Shown here one piece after another: positions 59,142 to 64,000 of a stretch of DNA of 64,000 nucleotides (position 1 is its first letter; every line of letters begins with the position of its first letter). The stretch lies in IMG/VR virus record IMGVR_UViG_3300045988_126190, positions 1-64,000 of that record, one strand, 5' to 3'. This DNA is from a virus. Under the pieces are notes generated by a model. The model had not been told where the DNA came from, did not search any database, and saw nothing but the letters and a program-made list of their open reading frames with translations. Position numbers and translations under genes: made by a program.

Positions 59142-60464
59142 ATGAGTTTGCAGGACAATATCAAAAACGGGCTGCTGACTGGTGGCGGCATTCTCGGCTT
59201 TTCTTCGAGAAACCAGCCCGCAGAGTACAAGGACCGCGCACATCCGTATTTTTCGGACGCGACACGCGCCTTTGTGGAGGAGCGGGCGCAGTATGCCTCG
59301 GATTTTTTCACGGCAAAGACGGTAGGGCTTGACCCGAATGACCCGCTGCGGGAAATCTCCGTGCAGCTGCGGATGGCCAATGTGGTTCGTCCGTCCGCCG
59401 CCATCCAGCGCGCCTTTGACGATTTCAAGGAGGTTCTGCTGGCAAACCCCGAATACGACTACATCCGGCAAGGGACGAAATTTTTCGTCGAGGGAAGCTG
59501 GTGGCTGGCGTACAACCCGGACAATATTTCCAGTGTGAGCGCCAGCGGCATCATTCGCCGGTGCAACGCGACTTGGAATTTTCTGGACTACTACGGCAAC
59601 CTCCACCGCGAGCCGATTTGTGTGGAGGCGACGCACGCCAACGCCAACGCGCCGGATTCGCAGCAGGCGGTTGTTGTGCCGTCCGGCTATTTCAATGTGG
59701 TTTGCCAGTATAACGAATACACGGCGCAGATCAACGACAACACGCGGCTGATTCTGGGGTCGAGAGTCTACAGCGTGAGCGGCTTCAGCGACTTTGAAAC
59801 GGAATTCACGGAGGACGATTCGTCGGTGCGGCTTCTGCGCTTCTCGGTACGCGTGGGAGAACCGAACCACGACATCGATGATATGGCGCGTCGCGTCGCC
59901 GGAGCGAAAACCTTCTCTTGGGCGCTCGACGTGTTCGGCGCGACGCAGCTCTACGTCGGCGACGCAGCCAAACTGGCGGTCGCCTCGCGGAGAAACGGCG
60001 AGACCGTAGAGAACACACGGGAGCATCCTATCGACTACCGGTTTGAAAGCCGTGACCGGGACATTGTGACGGTTGACCGAGACGGGAATCTCAAAGCGGC
60101 GGCTGCGGGAGCGACGGAAATTCTGGTTTCCCTCGCGCAGAATCCGGAGGTCAAGACCGTGTTCCGCGTTACCGTGAGCGAGGCACAGGAGCCGTTTGTG
60201 GCATTTGATGCCGTGCCGCCTGCCTCTATGGACGCATACGGCGTTCCTGTTTCGCTCAGGGCAGCGTATTTTGAGAACGGAGTGGAAACGGACGCGGCGG
60301 TGCAATGGGCGTTTACAGGCGCAAATAACGCCGCCTACAGCGCCGAGGTCGCAGGGAACGCGGTGATGCTCCGGTGCTGGGCGGGCAGCGTTACTCCGCT
60401 GACTGTGACGGCAATGTGCAACGGCAGGAGCGTGAGCGCAGAAATTGCCCTTCTTGGGCTTTAA
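59142..60464 (+). CDS. structural protein with C-terminal Ig-like (Big_2-type) domains
   Basis: ...DIVTVDRDGNLKAAAAGATEILVSLAQNPEVKTVFRVTV... is typical of Big_2. Confidence 0.5.
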   Translation: MSLQDNIKNGLLTGGGILGFSSRNQPAEYKDRAHPYFSDATRAFVEERAQYASDFFTAKTVGLDPNDPLREISVQLRMANVVRPSAAIQRAFDDFKEVLLANPEYDYIRQGTKFFVEGSWWLAYNPDNISSVSASGIIRRCNATWNFLDYYGNLHREPICVEATHANANAPDSQQAVVVPSGYFNVVCQYNEYTAQINDNTRLILGSRVYSVSGFSDFETEFTEDDSSVRLLRFSVRVGEPNHDIDDMARRVAGAKTFSWALDVFGATQLYVGDAAKLAVASRRNGETVENTREHPIDYRFESRDRDIVTVDRDGNLKAAAAGATEILVSLAQNPEVKTVFRVTVSEAQEPFVAFDAVPPASMDAYGVPVSLRAAYFENGVETDAAVQWAFTGANNAAYSAEVAGNAVMLRCWAGSVTPLTVTAMCNGRSVSAEIALLGL

Positions 60465-60478
60465 GGAGGCGGCGCGAG

Positions 60479-60682
60479 ATGAAGCACACCTGTCCCTATG
60501 CGACGAGAAAACCGGGAAGCGCAAGCCTATACTGCAAGCTGTTAGTTGAGGCTAACAAGCCGTTCCCCTACTGCGCACATCAATACCTGTGCCGCATTAC
60601 AAACCGCTGGGAGAACACAGAAATGTCGAGAGATTGCCCGGTTCGACCAGATATAATAGAGCGTGACCATACCAGAGCTTAA
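60479..60682 (+). CDS. hypothetical Cys-rich small protein
   Basis: AAGGAGG 9 nt before ATG 60479. 67 aa. Confidence 0.4.
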   Translation: MKHTCPYATRKPGSASLYCKLLVEANKPFPYCAHQYLCRITNRWENTEMSRDCPVRPDIIERDHTRA

Positions 60683-60697
60683 AAGGAGGAAAAACGT

Positions 60698-61279
60698 ATG
60701 GAGCAAATGTTCGATATCATTCAGGCGCTCAAGGGAGCGCGCGACTATGTGCCGCACAAGGAAAAGGCGGCGTTTATCGCACAGTGTGCGGGGCGATGCT
60801 TTGACAAGCTGCAAATCACCGCAGACGGCATTGTGCCGCTTCCGGACGTTTACAAGGAAAACGTGGCGATGAAGGAGCGGTATCTGCTGGCGGCTTTGCT
60901 ACGGCTCTATCTCGGCGTTCCGGTCGAGGCTGCCAGCACAGAGGCTGACCCATGGCTGATGAGCGACGCGGAGTATGACAAATGGGCGGCACTGCACATT
61001 GAAAGCCAGATTCAGCGGACGAAGGGCGATTCCGAGCTTAGAAACCGCTGCTACGATCTGCTGGGCGACTACTGGTCCTTGGGGCGGCAGTTCAGCGCGG
61101 AGATCAGCGGGATGCTGGCGGCAATGAACGACCCCATCACCAGAATCATGGCTTCTATTAAGGCCGGAGTTACCCCGGAGCGCGTGCAGGAGCTGGCCGA
61201 GAGCGTGAAAAAGCTCGAAAGCGACCTGAAGGGCTACGACGGACGCTCGGCATCGAAGGGACGGAACGCCAATGACTGA
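60698..61279 (+). CDS. hypothetical neck/tail-module protein
   Basis: AAAGGAGGAA SD. 193 aa. Confidence 0.5.
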   Translation: MEQMFDIIQALKGARDYVPHKEKAAFIAQCAGRCFDKLQITADGIVPLPDVYKENVAMKERYLLAALLRLYLGVPVEAASTEADPWLMSDAEYDKWAALHIESQIQRTKGDSELRNRCYDLLGDYWSLGRQFSAEISGMLAAMNDPITRIMASIKAGVTPERVQELAESVKKLESDLKGYDGRSASKGRNAND

Positions 61280-61967
61280 TTTTTCCAGTCCCTACTATCC
61301 CTACGAAAAGGTAAACGAGGGCTATAACAGCTTTGACGGCGCGGAGCTGATTCCATATCAGATTCTTTCTTATCTGATGGATATGGAGGATGCCCACGGC
61401 TATGTTCCCGTGGACGACAACGCAAGACCGCGCGTCCGGCTGATGAAATATCTTTACCACGACGGAGCGAATCCCTTGGCACAGCCGCTCCCGACCGGCG
61501 CAGAGAAGCGGTCGATCTTGTTTGACGCGAACGAGCCGGTTTTGAACACCGACGAGCAGAAGGCCAAGCATCCGAAGGGCTACCGCCTGTTTGCACAGCA
61601 ATACTGGCAGCAAGCGGAGTTGACGGCAAGGACGCTGATGAAGTGCTATGTGGGGCGCGTGATTCCCTACTCCCCTTTTCAGGCTTCAATTGGGCTGATT
61701 TTTGAGCTTTGCACCTTCTATGGGATGGACGCAGTGACAAAAACGACCGCCTATTCCAAACTCTACGCAATGGAATGCGCGCTGCTGGCGGCCCTGCACG
61801 GGGTGAACATTACCGGCATCGGCGTGGTCAATTTTGACCGCAGGATGCACATTGACGCGGGGTCACAGCCCTATCGTGACGACGGGTCGCACCTGTACCG
61901 CGTCGTGAAACTGTCCATCGACTGGATGGAAAGCAAAAGCGAGGGCACCGTATCGGCTTGCCGGTGA
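61272..61967 (+). CDS. hypothetical neck/tail-module protein
   Basis: Overlaps the previous gene by 8 nt. 231 aa. Confidence 0.5.
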   Translation: MTDFSSPYYPYEKVNEGYNSFDGAELIPYQILSYLMDMEDAHGYVPVDDNARPRVRLMKYLYHDGANPLAQPLPTGAEKRSILFDANEPVLNTDEQKAKHPKGYRLFAQQYWQQAELTARTLMKCYVGRVIPYSPFQASIGLIFELCTFYGMDAVTKTTAYSKLYAMECALLAALHGVNITGIGVVNFDRRMHIDAGSQPYRDDGSHLYRVVKLSIDWMESKSEGTVSACR

Positions 61968-61988
61968 CGGAGCATTTCGCCAAGCGCT

Positions 61989-62071
61989 GCGGCCGCGAAG
62001 GGGCGGCCGTTGAGAGCAAAGAGGCTCATTGACACAGGAAACTGTGCCGATGGGTCTCTTTTCGTTGTTTT
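61989..62071 (+). terminator. 84-nt composite two-hairpin element, copy 2
   Basis: Same architecture as 48976-49059. Hairpin 1 carries compensatory changes (CGGCCGC/GCGGCCG). Confidence 0.6.
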
Positions 62072-62107
62072 ACAAACAATTTTTGGTTCATCGGAAGGAG
62101 AGTTAGA

Positions 62108-62962
62108 TTGGACAAACTTCCATGGAATATTCAGCGAGCAATCGCTAGGTATGAGCCGATTGCCTTTGAAAATGCCACGCTCTTTCCCATCACAATGGAA
62201 GAATACGAGGAATTTACCGTGGCGCGGCAGGCAATCGAGTTCATGCAGCAGCAATTTAAGGACGTAAGACTGATGTCGATGCCGATTTTGCAAGCGTATT
62301 ACGAGGTGGACAGCGCACTTGCAGCACGCGGAGAGCCGACGACCAATTTGTTCTTCTGTTCGCTTTTGTCCCTTGCGCTGGCTTTTAGGCTTGCACAGGG
62401 CAAGGACATCAACGAACGGGTGCAGCAGATTCAAATCGCGCTCTCCCCCGACGGCAGGAAGACGCTCAAATGTCTGCGGATTCCGCTTTCGGATGGGTCT
62501 TACGCCGAAATCACACCTGCCAAGTTTCAGAAACTTCGCGCAATCATTGCCGCACAAAACGGCTTGGAACTCGAAGCGGACGAGGCAAACCCCGACCTTG
62601 TGCAGTCCAAGCGCGACATGCAGTCGAACAACGCTCCGGCTCTGGATGCCCGCATTGAAATTTTCGTTTCTTCCGTTGCCGCCCTGTCAAGCACGGAGGA
62701 GGAGGAGATTTACCGCTGGCCAATCCTGAAGTTTGAGCGCCGCGCGGCTGCAATCAAACGCGCAATGGACTACATGATCTACACCACAGCGGAATTACAG
62801 GGGACAAAGTGGAAGGGCGGAAACCCGACACCGAATCCTTGGTTTGACCGCAAGAGCAATGACCTTGGGCTCATCGCTATGGGCGAATTCACCAATGGAC
62901 AGGCTGTACAAACGCAGAGCGGCGGTTTTGCGCCGCCGCTTCCGACCACATCACAAGATTAA
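62108..62962 (+). CDS. hypothetical tail-module protein
   Basis: TTG start 6 nt after GGAAGGAGAG. 284 aa. Confidence 0.5.
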   Translation: MDKLPWNIQRAIARYEPIAFENATLFPITMEEYEEFTVARQAIEFMQQQFKDVRLMSMPILQAYYEVDSALAARGEPTTNLFFCSLLSLALAFRLAQGKDINERVQQIQIALSPDGRKTLKCLRIPLSDGSYAEITPAKFQKLRAIIAAQNGLELEADEANPDLVQSKRDMQSNNAPALDARIEIFVSSVAALSSTEEEEIYRWPILKFERRAAAIKRAMDYMIYTTAELQGTKWKGGNPTPNPWFDRKSNDLGLIAMGEFTNGQAVQTQSGGFAPPLPTTSQD

Positions 62963-62975
62963 GGAGTTGAATTAT

Positions 62976-64000
62976 ATGGGACTTCCTTCCTTTACTGACC
63001 AGAGCATTTATCTTCAGGGCACTTGTAAAGCAATGTGCCTCGACCCCAAGACCGGCAATGTGGACTACTATTCCGACAAGTTCTCCACCGCCAACGTGAC
63101 CACCTCCAACAACGAAAACATCATCCGCTCCGGCCTCGGCAACGGCATTGCGACCATCATTCCGACCGACTGCGACGTTTCCGTTGACTTCGCTTCCGAC
63201 GCGTTCTCCCTGTGGGCGAAATCCGCCAACGTCGGCGCGAGGCTTTCCTTCGGCGCTCCGGTGCTGACCTGCACGACTGCAACCGCAACCGGAAACACGC
63301 TCAAGGCGGACATCACCAAGGGCACCCCTGTCGCCGGTATTGCCCGTAACGCCATCGAGTGCTACGTGCAGGAGGTCGGCGCAGCCGCTCCCGTCGCTAC
63401 GACCGGAGCCGCGTACCAGATCAGCCCGACGGACGGCACCATCTCCGGCTTCACCGCAGTCAGCGGCAAGAGCTACAAGGTGTTCTACTACATCAGCACG
63501 GCGCGCGCCCAGATGGCGGCAATTCCGAGCCAGTTCAACCCGCGCGTCGAGTATTTCACCGCGCAGATTGCCGGTTATCGCAACGTTAACGCGGCGAACA
63601 ACAGCGGTACCCGCGCCGGTTGGCTGTATGTCATCATTCCGCTGCTGAAGTTCGGCGGCGCAAACGGCGGCATTGACGGCTCCCAGACCGCGCACGACAC
63701 CACCCACCTTGTCGGACGCGCCCTTACTCCCGAGGAAGCGGTTGTTACCGATTCCTGCGAGGACTGCGGCGGCACCGGCTCGAGCGTGGCGTACTATGTT
63801 TGGGTCGAGGACGACGCTTCTGCCAACATCGATGGGCTTGTTCTCATCGGCGGCGTTGTTTCCGTTCCCAAGGGCGGCAAGGCGAAGGCCAACTTCCTGC
63901 TGGCGATGGCAGACGGCTCTCTCATGACCCCCGACCCTGCCTTTATGAGCTACGAGCTGACGACCGCGCCCACGGGCGTTACGGTGGACAATTCCGGCGT
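62976..64000 (+). CDS. major tail (tube/sheath)-like protein, 3' end outside the window
   Basis: Not in the ORF track because there is no stop in the window. AAGGAG SD, ATG 62976. I translated it and the frame stays open to base 64000. The minus-strand ORF 62889-63707 is its shadow. Confidence 0.45.
   Translation, partial: MGLPSFTDQSIYLQGTCKAMCLDPKTGNVDYYSDKFSTANVTTSNNENIIRSGLGNGIATIIPTDCDVSVDFASDAFSLWAKSANVGARLSFGAPVLTCTTATATGNTLKADITKGTPVAGIARNAIECYVQEVGAAAPVATTGAAYQISPTDGTISGFTAVSGKSYKVFYYISTARAQMAAIPSQFNPRVEYFTAQIAGYRNVNAANNSGTRAGWLYVIIPLLKFGGANGGIDGSQTAHDTTHLVGRALTPEEAVVTDSCEDCGGTGSSVAYYVWVEDDASANIDGLVLIGGVVSVPKGGKAKANFLLAMADGSLMTPDPAFMSYELTTAPTGVTVDNSG

Noticed and set aside
59067-60524. 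485-aa minus-strand ORF, together with the 395-aa ORF at 58241..59428
   Set aside because: Both are antisense to the endolysin and the Big_2 structural gene. Arg/His-rich with no SD. Shadow ORFs.
1-64000. Diversity-generating retroelement or retron associated with the fibre/LRR genes
   Set aside because: No ORF in any frame shows reverse-transcriptase motifs (for example YxDD). No template/variable repeat pair was seen near the fibre genes.

Overview
The window is almost entirely temperate-phage DNA of Firmicutes/Clostridia style: GGAGG-type Shine-Dalgarno sites, a Dp-1-type holin, an Amidase_2 endolysin and a BspA-type LRR fibre protein. All calls come from reading the ORF track and the sequence by eye, with motifs recognised from memory. 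No database search was run. Layout: (1) 1-6036 (+) holds the end of a tail module, with a tape-measure-like C-terminus and tail, fibre and baseplate genes. (2) 6.1-12.8 kb is an accessory island. It holds an MqsR-like toxin with an MqsA/Panacea-type antitoxin, two tandem RHH-repressor plus Bro-N antirepressor cassettes, an IS200/IS605 element (tnpA+tnpB) whose exact insertion point can be reconstructed, and a second tyrosine recombinase. (3) 12.85-29.8 kb (-) is one tightly packed early operon: Cro-like protein, several HTH proteins, two more Bro-N antirepressors, YqaJ exonuclease, RecT, DUF1351, DUF1064, SSB, a DUF1376 replication protein, a DnaC-like loader, DUF551, two tandem Lar-like proteins and many CxxC mini-proteins. 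(4) 30.0-33.45 kb (+) is a lysogeny module: XRE repressor, a ToxN/AbiQ-like protein, a membrane-anchored HTH protein, and a tyrosine integrase followed by a 27-nt tRNA 3' fragment flanked by arm-type repeats, which looks like an intact attP. (5) 33.2-37.9 kb holds an array of 18-bp direct repeats, a minus-strand operon of unknown genes, a type I toxin-antitoxin-like locus, and a 1.3-kb gene-free region with G-run repeats. (6) 37.9-64.0 kb (+) holds late genes: small regulators, DUF551 paralogues, a ThyX-like protein, MazG-like protein, terminase, portal, a third RHH/Bro cassette, scaffold-like and capsid-like genes, fibre paralogues, a holin/amidase lysis cassette, neck/tail genes, and a major-tail-like gene running off the window. 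The most unusual features are: three P22 immI-like modules, each with a conserved convergent antisense promoter and terminator; the ToxN-like gene, which lacks a clean antitoxin repeat array; the type I TA-like locus; three tRNA-like mini-structures placed just after structural genes; and an 84-nt two-hairpin terminator element present twice inside the late operon. Structural-gene functions are mostly assigned by position and are tentative.
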